Of a stretch of 64,000 bases of DNA, positions 10,768 through 21,064 are shown piece after piece. Source of the DNA: an uncultured Gemmatimonadales bacterium (GTDB lineage Bacteria > Gemmatimonadota > Gemmatimonadetes > Palauibacterales > Palauibacteraceae). Made by a program: the position numbers and the translations under genes. The notes under the pieces were generated by a model. It was not told the DNA's origin and did no database searches. It saw nothing but the letters and a program-made list of their open reading frames with translations. The first letter of the stretch is position 1; each line of letters begins with the position of its first letter. The stretch lies in assembly GCA_963783385.1 (NCBI GenBank), contig CAWANJ010000007.1:64001-128000 (forward strand), in the 5' to 3' direction.

Positions 10768-12341
10768 CGGGACGGGATGGGGGCGCCCGGCGCGGGCGCA
10801 TCCTGTGGGTCGACGACGAAGCCGACTTCCTCAAGCCGCACGTGATGCGGCTGGAGGAGGAAGGCTACCAGGTCGACACGGTCATGAACGGGGACGACGC
10901 CCTGCAGCTCCTGGGCGCCGAGCCCTACGACCTCGTCCTGCTCGACGAGCAGATGCCGGGCCTGCGCGGCATCGAGGTGCTGGGCCGCCTGCGCCGGCGC
11001 ATGGGCCGCCTGCCGGTGGTCATGGTGACCAAGAGCGAGGAGGACGTCACCCTGCGCGAGGCCATCGGCCGGCGCGTGGACGACTACATCGTCAAGCCCA
11101 CCAGCCCCCGCCAGGTCCTCTCCGTGGTGAAGCGGCTGCTGGAGGGGGAGAGCCTCCGGCACGAGCGCATCGCCCGGGACTTCACCCGCCGCTTCGGCGA
11201 GCTGCGCGAGACGCTGTCCGGGGCCGAGACGTGGGACGACTACGCCCATCTGTACGGCGAGATCGTCGACTGGGAGCTGCGGCTCGAGGAGTCGGGCGAG
11301 TCCGGTCTCCGCGAAAGCCTGGAGACCCTGGTCATCGACGTGCGCCGCGCCTACTGCGACTTCGTGGCCGCCCGCTACCCGGAGTGGGTGCACGAGGAAG
11401 GGGAGCGCGGCCCGGCCCTGTCGGTGGACGTGATCCCGCAGTTCTTCCTGCCCCTCCTGGCCGGCGGCGATCCCGCCCTGCTCATGGTCGTCGACTGCCT
11501 GCGGCTGGACCAGTGGCGGGCCATCGCGCCCATGGTTTCGGACATGTTCGAGATCGAGGAGACGCTGTACGCCTCGCTCCTCCCCTCGGCCACGCCCTAC
11601 GCGCGCAACGCCATCTTCGGGGGCATGTTTTCCGACGAGCTCGCCGAGCGCTACCCGCGCTGGTGGGAGCACGGCGACGAGGAGGGCTACAACACGTTCG
11701 AGGACGAGCTGTTCGAGGGCTTCATCGGCGAGCTGTCGGGCGGCACGGTGCGCACCCACTACGAGAAGGTGTTCTCGGCGGATGAGGGCGATGCGATGCT
11801 CCAGCGCCTGGCGGGCTACCTGGCCGACCCCTCGGCCACGGCGCTCGTGTTCGGGTTCGTGGACCTCCTGACCCACGGGCGCAGCGAGTCCCGCCTGGTG
11901 TGGGAGATGGCCCGCGACGCCGCGGCGCTGCGCTCGCTGACGCGCACCTGGTTCGAGCGCTCGGCCGCCTTCGCCGCGCTCCGGGAGGCCGCCCGGCGCG
12001 GGGTGCGCGTCCTGTTCACCACCGACCACGGCTCGATCCACTGCCGGCGCCCGGCCACCGTGTATGCCAAGCGGGACGCCACCGCCAACCTGCGCTACAA
12101 GTTCGGCGAGGACCTGAGGACCGAGAGCCCCTCGACGGTTCTCGGCGCCAACCGCGCCGATGACTTCCGCCTCCCGCCGGGCGGCACCCGCATGCGCTAC
12201 CTGCTGTGCCGCGAGGACTATTATTTCGTGTATCCGACCAAGCTGCGGGAATACCAGCAGCGTTACCGTGACAGCTTCCTCCACGGCGGCGTGAGCCCGG
12301 AGGAGATGATCCTGCCCGCGGTGCTCCTCACGCCGCGGTGA
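10764..12341 (+). CDS. PorX-like response regulator: receiver domain + PglZ (alkaline phosphatase superfamily) domain
   Basis: REC: WVDDE, LLDEQMPG, VTKSEE, KP. PglZ: VVDCLRLDQW, LPSATPYARNAIF, FVDLLTH, TTDHG, FLHGGVSPEEM. Confidence 0.9.
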   Translation: MTGRDGGARRGRILWVDDEADFLKPHVMRLEEEGYQVDTVMNGDDALQLLGAEPYDLVLLDEQMPGLRGIEVLGRLRRRMGRLPVVMVTKSEEDVTLREAIGRRVDDYIVKPTSPRQVLSVVKRLLEGESLRHERIARDFTRRFGELRETLSGAETWDDYAHLYGEIVDWELRLEESGESGLRESLETLVIDVRRAYCDFVAARYPEWVHEEGERGPALSVDVIPQFFLPLLAGGDPALLMVVDCLRLDQWRAIAPMVSDMFEIEETLYASLLPSATPYARNAIFGGMFSDELAERYPRWWEHGDEEGYNTFEDELFEGFIGELSGGTVRTHYEKVFSADEGDAMLQRLAGYLADPSATALVFGFVDLLTHGRSESRLVWEMARDAAALRSLTRTWFERSAAFAALREAARRGVRVLFTTDHGSIHCRRPATVYAKRDATANLRYKFGEDLRTESPSTVLGANRADDFRLPPGGTRMRYLLCREDYYFVYPTKLREYQQRYRDSFLHGGVSPEEMILPAVLLTPR

Positions 12342-14215
12342 GCGACAGCCGGAACGGGCCCGCGGCGGACGGTGGCTCGGGCGGCTACGGGCGACTCCTC
12401 CGCTACCTGACGCCCTACCGCGGGATCTTTTCGGCGAGTCTCCTGTGCATGGTGCTCGCCGCCCTGTTCGACGCCTTCAGCCTCGTCCTCCTCATCCCCT
12501 TCCTGCGCTCCCTGTTCGGGCAGGGCGCGCTCCTGCCCGGCGGCGGCCGGAACACGGCCGAGCGCGTCATCGACTGGGTGGTGGGCGGGTGGCTGCAGGG
12601 GGCGACCGGGCTCGAGGCGCTCCGGGGCATCTGCCTGGTCGTGCTGGCGGCGCTCCTCCTCAAGAACGTCTTCCTGTACGGGGCGCGCTTCCTGGGGATC
12701 GTCGTGCAGGAGCGGATCGAACGCGACATGCGCGACGACGTGTACGGACACCTGGCGCGGCTGCCGCTGCCCTTCTTCTCGGGCACCCGGGCCGGCCAGC
12801 TCATGGCCCGCGTCCTCACCGACACGCGCGAGACCAAGCAGATCGTGAGCTACGCGCTGGCGGACGCGCTCCGCCAGGTGGTGACCGCGATCGCTTACCT
12901 GCTCACCATGATCGCCCTGTCGTGGCGGCTCACCATGATCGCCGTCGTCCTGGCCCCCGTGCTGGCGGGCGCTCTCCGGCCGCTCCTCCGACGGCTGCGG
13001 CGGGGCTTCCGAAGGGCCTACGACGAGCAGGGCGATCTGCTCAGCATCCTCGAGGAGACGGTGAGCGGCGTGCGCCTGGTGAAGGCGTACGGGGCGGAGG
13101 CGTACGAGCGCGGGCGCTTCGAGGAGGGGTCGGCGCGCTTCACGCGGAGGCTGATCCGCACCGAGGCCGTCTCCCAGCTCGCCTCGCCCTTCTCGGAGGT
13201 GCTGAGCGCGCTGGTGGCGCTCGTCCTCCTGTGGATGGGCGCCAACATGGTCCTGGGCTCGGGCTCCATGGGGCCCGAGCAGTTCCTCACCTTCATCACG
13301 ATCGCGCTCCGCCTCATCTCCCCCGTCAAGGCGCTGGCCCAGCTCCCGGCCAGGGCCCAGTCCTCCATGGCCGCCGCCGACCGCTTCTTCGAGGTGCTCG
13401 ACACGCCGCCGGAGCCCGCCGTGCGGCCGGTTCCGGAGGAGGCGGGAGGAGACGGCGTCAGGCCGGTGGGGCTCGAGCGGGAGATCCGCTTCGAGGGCGT
13501 CGAGTTCGAGTACGAGCCGGATCGGCCGGTCCTCCGCGACATCAGCTTCGCGGTCCCCAGGGGAGAGGTCGTGGCCCTGGTGGGCCCCTCGGGGGCGGGG
13601 AAGAGCACCCTCGTCGACCTCCTGCCGCGCTTCATCGAGCCGGGCCGGGGCCGGATCACCCTGGACGGGGTGGACCTGCGGCGGATCAACCTGGGCGCGC
13701 TGCGGGACCTGATGGGGATCGTGAGCCAGGAGACGGTGATCTTCCACGACAGCGTGCGCGCCAACGTCGCCTACGGGAGGCCGGATCGCTGGGGCCAGGA
13801 GCGGCTGCGGGAGGCGGCGCGGGCCGCCAACGCGCTCGCGTTCATCGAGGCACTTCCGCACGGCTGGGACACGCTCCTCGGCGACCGGGGCGTGCGCCTC
13901 TCCGGCGGACAGCGCCAGCGGATCGGCATCGCTCGGGCCATCCTGCGCGACCCGCCCATCCTCATCCTGGACGAGGCCACCTCCAACCTGGACGCCGAGT
14001 CCGAGCGGCTCATCCAGGCGGCCATGGACCGCCTCCTGACCGGCCGCACCGTGTTCGTGATCGCCCACCGCCTGTCCACCGTCCGCGGCGCCGACCGCAT
14101 CCTGGTGCTGGAGGACGGCCGACTGGTCGAGAGCGGCACGCACGACGAGCTGTACGCGGCCGGCGGCCTGTACCGACGCCTGTACGAGATGCAGCTGGAG
14201 CCGGGTGGGAGCTGA
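12338..14215 (+). CDS. msbA: MsbA-like ABC exporter (fused TMD-NBD), probable lipid A-core flippase
   Basis: N-terminal TM domain, GPSGAGKST, LSGGQRQR, LILDEATS, IAHRLST; located among LPS genes. Confidence 0.75.
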   Translation: MSDSRNGPAADGGSGGYGRLLRYLTPYRGIFSASLLCMVLAALFDAFSLVLLIPFLRSLFGQGALLPGGGRNTAERVIDWVVGGWLQGATGLEALRGICLVVLAALLLKNVFLYGARFLGIVVQERIERDMRDDVYGHLARLPLPFFSGTRAGQLMARVLTDTRETKQIVSYALADALRQVVTAIAYLLTMIALSWRLTMIAVVLAPVLAGALRPLLRRLRRGFRRAYDEQGDLLSILEETVSGVRLVKAYGAEAYERGRFEEGSARFTRRLIRTEAVSQLASPFSEVLSALVALVLLWMGANMVLGSGSMGPEQFLTFITIALRLISPVKALAQLPARAQSSMAAADRFFEVLDTPPEPAVRPVPEEAGGDGVRPVGLEREIRFEGVEFEYEPDRPVLRDISFAVPRGEVVALVGPSGAGKSTLVDLLPRFIEPGRGRITLDGVDLRRINLGALRDLMGIVSQETVIFHDSVRANVAYGRPDRWGQERLREAARAANALAFIEALPHGWDTLLGDRGVRLSGGQRQRIGIARAILRDPPILILDEATSNLDAESERLIQAAMDRLLTGRTVFVIAHRLSTVRGADRILVLEDGRLVESGTHDELYAAGGLYRRLYEMQLEPGGS

Positions 14216-15557
14216 CGCGCCGTCTCCGTGGAGGCGGCGGGCCGTCCTGGCCCTGTACGTGCTCCTCGGGCTCGTCGCCCTCGTGGAGGTGGGGCGCGAC
14301 CTCGCATCGCCGGGCGACTACACCGGATTCGTGGCCTTCGGCGCGGCCGCGGCGGCCGGACAGGTCCCCTACGACCCCGCCGTGGAAGCCGCCTACCTGA
14401 ACGCCCGCTGGGCCACGTGGCCCCCCTCGTTCGCCCCCATCGCCGTTCTCCTGGCCCGCCTGGACGCGATCGCGCACGAGCCGGCCGTGTTCCTGTTCCA
14501 GCTCGCCAACCTCCTGGCCCTGGCCTGCGTCCTGTGGATCCTGGCGCGGTGGCTGTACGGGCGTCGGCTCACGCTGGGATCGCCGGATGGGCCGGGGTCG
14601 GACCCGTGGCCAGCGACGCGCTCCGGCGACGGGATCCCGCTCGCCGCCCTCCCGGTGCTCGGCGCCCTCCTGGTCCCGCTGCGCGTCGTCCTGGCCAACT
14701 TCGAGCACGCCCAGTCCAACCTCCTCATCCTCGGAGTGGCCGTGGCCGGGATGTGGCTCCTCCACCGGGGGCGGCGGGCCGGGGGCGGGGTCGCGCTCGG
14801 CCTGGCCACCGCCTTCAAGGCGACGCCGCTGCTGCTGCTCGGCTACCTGGCGTGGAAGGGAAGGTGGCGGGACCTGGCGGCCGCGCTGGCCGGCTGCGCA
14901 CTCACCTGGCTCCTCCTGCCGGCGCTCCTCCTCGGGCCGGGGCGCCTGGCGGCCTGGTACGGGGCGTGGATCCGGAAGAGCGCGGGATCCGCGGCGCAGA
15001 CGTCGCCGCTCAACCAGTCGCTTCTGGCCGCCCTCGAGCGCCTGGTCCCGGGAGTGCCCGGCTGGCCGCTGTTCCTGGCGGTGGCGGGGATGCTCGTGGC
15101 CGTGGGCCTGTGGGCGCTGCGGCGGCCGGGCGCGAGCGGCGAACGGGCAGGCGACGAGGCGGCGAGCGGCCGGCGCGAGGTACTGGAGGTGGCGCTGGTG
15201 CTGGCGGCCATGAGCCTGCTCTCGCCCCTGGCCTGGAAGGCGCACTTCGTGACCCTGGTGCCCCTGGCCGGCGCCCTGTTCGCCTACACGTCGGCGGGAG
15301 AGCGGTGGCGGGCGGACGGCATCGGAGGCACGGGCGCCGGAGGCGCGGGCGTCGCGGAAGGCGTCATGCCGGCGGCCGGGGGCGGAGCCCTGTACGTCGT
15401 GCTCGGGGCCGCCTTCCTCGTCCTGAACCTGAGCTCCGACGGCGTGATCGGTCGCTCCGCGGCCCGGGCGCTCGAGGCCGGGAGCGTGGTGACCTGGGCC
15501 GCGCTCCTCCTGGTCGGGGCCGGTCTGGTGGTGCTGGCGCGCGGGACTACGGCGTGA
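14205..15557 (+). CDS. GT87 (DUF2029) membrane glycosyltransferase, copy 1
   Basis: Polytopic membrane protein with ATWPPSF, AQSNLL, LATAFKATP, NQSL, LSPLAWKAHF. Confidence 0.8.
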   Translation: MGADAPSPWRRRAVLALYVLLGLVALVEVGRDLASPGDYTGFVAFGAAAAAGQVPYDPAVEAAYLNARWATWPPSFAPIAVLLARLDAIAHEPAVFLFQLANLLALACVLWILARWLYGRRLTLGSPDGPGSDPWPATRSGDGIPLAALPVLGALLVPLRVVLANFEHAQSNLLILGVAVAGMWLLHRGRRAGGGVALGLATAFKATPLLLLGYLAWKGRWRDLAAALAGCALTWLLLPALLLGPGRLAAWYGAWIRKSAGSAAQTSPLNQSLLAALERLVPGVPGWPLFLAVAGMLVAVGLWALRRPGASGERAGDEAASGRREVLEVALVLAAMSLLSPLAWKAHFVTLVPLAGALFAYTSAGERWRADGIGGTGAGGAGVAEGVMPAAGGGALYVVLGAAFLVLNLSSDGVIGRSAARALEAGSVVTWAALLLVGAGLVVLARGTTA

Positions 15558-16969
15558 GGGAGGGGGCCGGCGGAACCGGGCCGCGGGCCCCGATGGAGGG
15601 AGGCGGAGGCCGCGTCTCGCGTCCCGTGAAGCTCCTCGCCGGCGCGCTGGCGGCGGGCCTCGTGTGGGTCGCCCTGCGCGAGGTGCGGTCGCCGGGCGAC
15701 TACCTGGGCTTCGTGGCCTTCGGACGCGCGGCGCTGGACGGCGTCCTCCCGTACAGCCGCGCGCTCGAGGCGCTGTATCGACCCGATCTCCACGCCCCCT
15801 GGGCCACGTGGCCGCCGGCGTTCGCGCCCGCCGCGGCCGTCCTCGCGCTGGTGGACGGGGTCTCCCGGCCCCTGGGCGTGCTCCTCGTGCAGAGCGCCGC
15901 GCTCGGAGGGCTGGCCACGGCGCTGGCCTTCTTCGCCCGGCGCGCCGGCGTCGGGGCGGGCGAGGAAGCGGGCGCGCCGGGCGGCGCACGCTGGACGCCG
16001 GACGCACGCCGCGCGGCCGCCCTGTTCGTCACGGCTCCCGTCCTGCTGGCGCTGGCCGTTCCCTACAGGATCCTCCTCGACAGCCTGCAGAACACGCAGG
16101 TGAATCTCCTGGTCCTCGGCCTGGTGGCGGCGGCGTTCGGGCTGCTGGGGTCGGGGCGGCGGTGGGCGGGCGGACTGACGCTGGGGGCGGCTACCTCGTT
16201 CAAGGCGGCCCCGCTCCTCCTGCTGGGTTACCTGGCGTGGCGCGGACGGTGGAGGGACCTGGGCGCGGCGGCGGTCGGCGTGGTGGTGTGGTGGGTGGCG
16301 CTGCCCGCGCTCCTGCTCGGGATCGGCCGGGCCGGTCCCGCGATCGGCGGGGCCGGTCCCGCGGGCGGCATTCTCGGGTCCTACGCCGCGTGGCTCGGGC
16401 ACGCCGCCTCGGGAACGCTGCTCGTGCGCGGGAGCAACCAGTCGCTGCTCGCGGTGATCCTGCGGCTGGTCCCGGTCGGCCGCGGGACGGGGATCGCCCT
16501 GTTCGCCGTCGTCACGCTGGTCCTGGCGGTCCTCACGCTCGTGGCGTTCGGCCGGCCGCTCCGCCGCGTGGGGCCGCGGCGCGAGGTCGCCGAGCTGGCC
16601 GTGATGCTGGTGGCGGTCAGCCTCCTCTCACCCCTCGCCTGGAAGGCCCACTACGTGTCGCTGGCGCCTCTCGTCCTCGTGCTGGCGGCGGAAGCGGCGA
16701 TGGGAACGGGCACAGGATCCGGCGACGGCCGGAGGAGGAGCGTGGGAACGCTCGTCCTCTTCGCGCTTGCCTTCATGGCGCTCGACCTCAGCGGGCGGGA
16801 CCTGGTCGGCCGCGCCCTGTCGGCTGCCGCGGAGCAATGGGGGGCCGTCACCTGGACGGCGCTCTCACTCCTGGTGGCCGCTCTATGGTACCTGAGGACG
16901 ACTGAAGAGCCCGAGGCTCGTCCTGGGGAGGGGAGCCGGGGGCCTCCGGGAGCGGATGTCGAACATTGA
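15554..16969 (+). CDS. GT87 (DUF2029) membrane glycosyltransferase, copy 2
   Basis: GTGA start/stop overlap with copy 1; same motifs (SPGDY, ATWPPAF, TQVNLL, SFKAAP, NQSL, LSPLAWKAHY). Alternative ATG at 15593. Confidence 0.8.
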   Translation: MREGAGGTGPRAPMEGGGGRVSRPVKLLAGALAAGLVWVALREVRSPGDYLGFVAFGRAALDGVLPYSRALEALYRPDLHAPWATWPPAFAPAAAVLALVDGVSRPLGVLLVQSAALGGLATALAFFARRAGVGAGEEAGAPGGARWTPDARRAAALFVTAPVLLALAVPYRILLDSLQNTQVNLLVLGLVAAAFGLLGSGRRWAGGLTLGAATSFKAAPLLLLGYLAWRGRWRDLGAAAVGVVVWWVALPALLLGIGRAGPAIGGAGPAGGILGSYAAWLGHAASGTLLVRGSNQSLLAVILRLVPVGRGTGIALFAVVTLVLAVLTLVAFGRPLRRVGPRREVAELAVMLVAVSLLSPLAWKAHYVSLAPLVLVLAAEAAMGTGTGSGDGRRRSVGTLVLFALAFMALDLSGRDLVGRALSAAAEQWGAVTWTALSLLVAALWYLRTTEEPEARPGEGSRGPPGADVEH

Positions 16970-17043
16970 CAAAGATTGACAAGCTTTGTCAAAGATTGCC
17001 AAAGATGGCCATCGCGTTCCGAAGAGGCCCACCACCCCCTCTT
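16925..17043 (-). repeat. Dispersed phased-heptad element, copy B
   Basis: AAGAGG...CCTCTT hairpin (17022-17043); on the minus strand from 17012: ATGGCCATCT TTGGCAATCT TTGACAAAGC TTGTCAATCT TTGTCAATGT TCGACATCCG, then tail CTCCCGGAGGCCCCCGG. Confidence 0.85.
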
Positions 17044-17046
17044 TTC

Positions 17047-19180
17047 CTAGCCCTTGCACACCGGACGGCCGAACATCCCCCGGCCACCCTGATTCTCAGC
17101 CGTGGTTTCCGGCTGACGCGGCCACGTGTCGTCGGCCACGTCGCGATCCGGGAAGCGGCAGTGCGGGTCCAGCACGATGCGGTCGATCTTGCGCGGTCCG
17201 AAGTCCAGGTGCGCGTCGAAGGTCCGTGAGCCGTCGAACCACACGTCGACCGGATAGCGCACCACGGCGGTCGAGTCGTCCACCATGGTGGCGTGGGTCA
17301 TCTTCCGGATCGCCGGGCCCTGCGGTGCGAAGTGCACGGCCAGCACGACCGGCGAGGGCATGTCGCCGTCCTGGCGCACGGTCACGGTCGTGCTCGCGCC
17401 CGACTGCTGCACGCCCTGGATGGAGCCGTCCACGGCGTCGGTGGTGAACAGCCAGTAGTACCAGAACCAGCCCAGGTCGCGGTGCAGGGCGTGGCTCATG
17501 AAGAAGGCGTAGTCCCACGGCGAGGGGTGCTTGAAGCGCCACGCCGCGGCGTACTGGCTCATGGCGCGGGTGACCGCGCTGTCCCCCACGATCCCGCCCA
17601 GCATCGACAGCATCATGGGCGCCTTTCCGTACGCCTGGAAGCTGTACATGGGGCCGCCGTAGTTGGCGTCCCACATGAGCGGGGCCTCGCGCTCGTTGCC
17701 GCTCACCCGGCCGTACAGCTGGCCGCGGCCGTCCAGGCTCGGCCCGACCGGGAGCCCGCGCAGGTCGTCGGCCGACAGGACGTTCATGTACTGGTTGAAG
17801 CCCTCGTCCATGAAGCCGTACCAGGTCTCGTTGGTGCCCAGCGTCATGGGCCACCACTGGTGGCCGGTCTCGTGGTCCGACGCGCCGGTGCTCGACATGA
17901 TGAACATCGGGTACTCCATGCCGAGCTCGGGCCCGTCCACGTCCGTGAGGACGGGGAAGGCGTACGGGATCCACAGCTTCGAGTAGAACTCGAGCGCGTG
18001 GCGGATGCGCGCCGGGGCCGGGGCGTACGCCTTCGCGTGGCCGGGCAGGTACATGACGTTGACCGGGACCGGACCCCGGTCCGGGATGGTGGCGCGGGTG
18101 GCGTCCCACAGGAACTGGTTCGAAGTGGCCCAGCCCACGTCCCCGACCGTGTCGGCCACGAAATGCCAGGTCAGCCGGTCCCCGGCCGCCGTCGCCTTGC
18201 CGGGGCCGAGCTCATCGGGGCCCACCACGTGGATGGTCGAGTCCGAGTCGAGCACGTGCGAGAGCCGCTCGCGCTCGGTGGAGGTCAGGACCTGGTCGGG
18301 GTTCTGCAGCACCCCGGTCGCGCCCACCACCCAGCCGGCGGGCACCTCCACCTTCAGGTCGAAGTGCCCGAAGTCGTTGTAGAACTCGGACGGGCCCAGG
18401 TAGGGGTCGGTGTCCCAGCCGCCCTGGAACAGGTCGTCGTACATGGCTACCTGCGGGTACCACTGGCCCACCTGGTAGAGCGAGTCGCCCCAGGCGCCCA
18501 TGCGCTCCCCGCGCTCGCCGGCGGGCACCTTCGGCACCGTGAAGTGCCAGTCCGCCTCCAGGGTGAAGCTGTCGTGCGCGGCCACCGGCGTGGGCAGCGT
18601 GATCAACGCCACCGTGGCCGACGTGTCGTAGGCGGCCAGGATCACCTTGGGCGGGGTGGTGTCCCTCCGGAAGCGGCGGCGGGGCGGCGGGTTCAGGTTC
18701 ACCGGCTGGCCGTCGAACGAGAGGCTCGTCAGCGTGATGCCATCGGTCATCGACGGCATGGGGCGCTCGCGGACCGCGTCGGGCGCGAAGATGTTCTGGT
18801 AGAGCCGCAGGACGATGGTAGCGCATGGTGCTGTCGCTCCGGTTCTGCACCGTCACCCGCTCGTGTCCCGTGACCACGCCCGTCGACGGGTCGAGGCTGG
18901 CCTGGATGGCGTAGTCCGTCCACAGCTGCCAGTAGTTGGGTCCCGGCCGCCCGGTGGAGTCGCGGGTGCCCGCCGCGAACGCCCGGCGGATCATGTCCGT
19001 CATCGGGATGTCGTGACGGATCGGACGGGCCGGCCAGCTGTGCGCGGCCTGCGCGGGCGCCGGGCGGGCCCGGGCCTGCGCCGAGGCGGGTCGGCTCCCG
19101 CCGAGCAGGAGGAGCGCCGCGAGGCTCCCGGCGGCGACGACGGACAGGGCGGAACGCGGGACGGACGACGAGCGGCGCAT
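17047..19180 (-). CDS. M1 family zinc aminopeptidase, exported; frameshift near 18820
   Basis: Signal peptide and GRPGPNYWQ in 18212..19180; GMEYP, HETGH and downstream DEG (gluzincin) in 17047..18759. Junction ATG-CGC-T-ACC-ATC. Confidence 0.9.
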
Positions 19181-19434
19181 CGTGTCTCCTGGGCCGAGGT
19201 CGGTGTCGCGGCCCGGATCCCTCGAGCCGGGAGCCGGGCATCCGCGCCTCGCCCCTCCGGGCGGGGCGCCGAACAGAGATACAACGGACGCTGGCCCGTG
19301 GCGACCCCGGGTCCCCGCGCCGGCGGGCCGGGATGCCCTGTAGGCGGCGAGCCGGGTCGCGCTATATTCGGTTCCATGCCAGGCCGCGCCACGGATCGCC
19401 CACGACGTCTCTTCATTCCCGAGGAGTCCTTCGA

Positions 19435-21064
19435 GTGCCCCGACGACCGCTCGACCACCGCGCTCTCCGCTCGACCCTCCGCGCCGCGAGCCTCTCGCCT
19501 GCGGCGCTCATCCTGCCGGCCCTGATGGTCGCGGCCGGCCCCACGAGCTCTTCGCGCAGGGGGCCGGCACCTACACCTTCCGGATGCAGGTCGGCGGCCA
19601 GATGATGGGGACCGAGGTGGTCCACCGCAGCCCGGTTCGGGTCGAGGTCGACCTCGTGAGCCTCCTGGGCGCGGGCCGGATCCACTACGTCCTCACCGTC
19701 GCCCCGGGCGGCCGGGTCCCGGCTATGACGGCGGTCATCTACGGCGCCGCGGAGGACACGGCGCCGGCCGAGACCATCGATCTGCAGTTCGAGGACGACT
19801 CGGCCGTGGCGACCCTGTCGGGCCGGATGTCGAGGGTCGAGCGGCTGGCCACCCGGCCGGGCGCCATGCCCTACATCAACCCGTCGGCCGCCATGATCGA
19901 GCAGGCCCTCCGGCGGGCCAGGCATCCTGGGCGCGGCGCCGGGCAGGTAGACACCGTGCCCATGTTCGCCGTGCAGGGCGGGAGCACGCGCCCGCGCGGT
20001 GACCTGGGGCGGGCCGACTCGGCCGTGCTCGGCATGGGCGGGGTGGAGATGCGCGCCCACTTCTCCGCCGGGGGGGACGTGGAGTCCCTCGACATCCCGG
20101 TCCAGAACGTCCGCTTCGAGCGAGTCGAGGGCGCCCACCCGCTCCAGCCGGAGAAGATCGACTACGGGCCACCCGAGGGTGCGCCGTACGCGGCCGAGGA
20201 CGTGACGGTGCATACGCCGGCCGGCCTCGATCTCATGGGGACGCTCACCCTCCCGGACACGTCGGCCGGTCCCGTGTCGGCCGTGGTCACGATCACCGGC
20301 TCGGGCGCCGAGGACCGCGACGAGCGCATCCCCTTCGTCCACGGCTACCGGCCCTTCTGGCAGATCGCCGACACGCTGGGCCGGCGCGGCATCGCGACCC
20401 TGCGCCTGGACGACCGCGGCGTGAACGGCTCGAGCCCGGGCCCGACTCGGCCACCTCGGCCGACGACGCCGACGACATCCGGGCGGCGGTGGCGTGGCTG
20501 CGGGGCGGCCGGGGATCGACGGGAAGCGCATCGCGCTGGTGGGCCACAGCGAGGGCGGTCTCATCGCGCCGATGGTCGCGGCCACCGATCCGTCCCTGGC
20601 GGGCATCGTGCTCCTGGCCGGGCCGGCCTACACGGGGCGGCGCATCCTGGACTACCAGTACCGCAGCGGGATCGAGCGCGCGCCGGGCTTCTCGCCCGCC
20701 GAGCGCGACTCCGCCTGGCGAAGGTGCCGAGCCAGATCGCGGCGGGGGCGAAGCGGAGCGCCTGGCTCCGCTTCTTCTCTCCCACGACCCCGTGCCGACG
20801 GCCCGGACGGTCCGGGTTCCCGTCCTCATCCTGCAGGGGGAGACCGACCACCAGGTGACCCCGGAGCAGGCCGACACCCTGGCCGCGGCCTTCCGGGGGG
20901 GCGGCGACCCGGATGTCACGCTGGAGAAGTATCCGGACACCGATCACCTCTTCCTGGCGGACTCCTCCGGGATCCCGAGCGGCTACGCCGCGCTTCCCTC
21001 GCACGCCGTCCGTCCAGAGGTGCTGGGCACGATCGCGGACTGGCTGGCGGAGCACCTGAAGTGA
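19435..21064 (+). pseudogene. Exported alpha/beta hydrolase broken by about five frameshifts (pseudogene or sequencing error)
   Basis: GTG 19435 after GAGGAG; pieces in three frames: ITGSGAEDRD, LRLDDRG, GHSEGG nucleophile elbow, ILQGETDHQV, TDHLF. Confidence 0.8.

Noticed and set aside
10764-12341. BREX defence system from the PglZ domain
   Set aside because: The REC-PglZ architecture is PorX-type, and no brxC, pglX or brxL is nearby.
16953-17012. Phased heptads as a CRISPR array or simple microsatellite
   Set aside because: The units are 10 bp with no unique spacers and no cas genes; they are degenerate with a fixed count of six in three loci, unlike slippage repeats.
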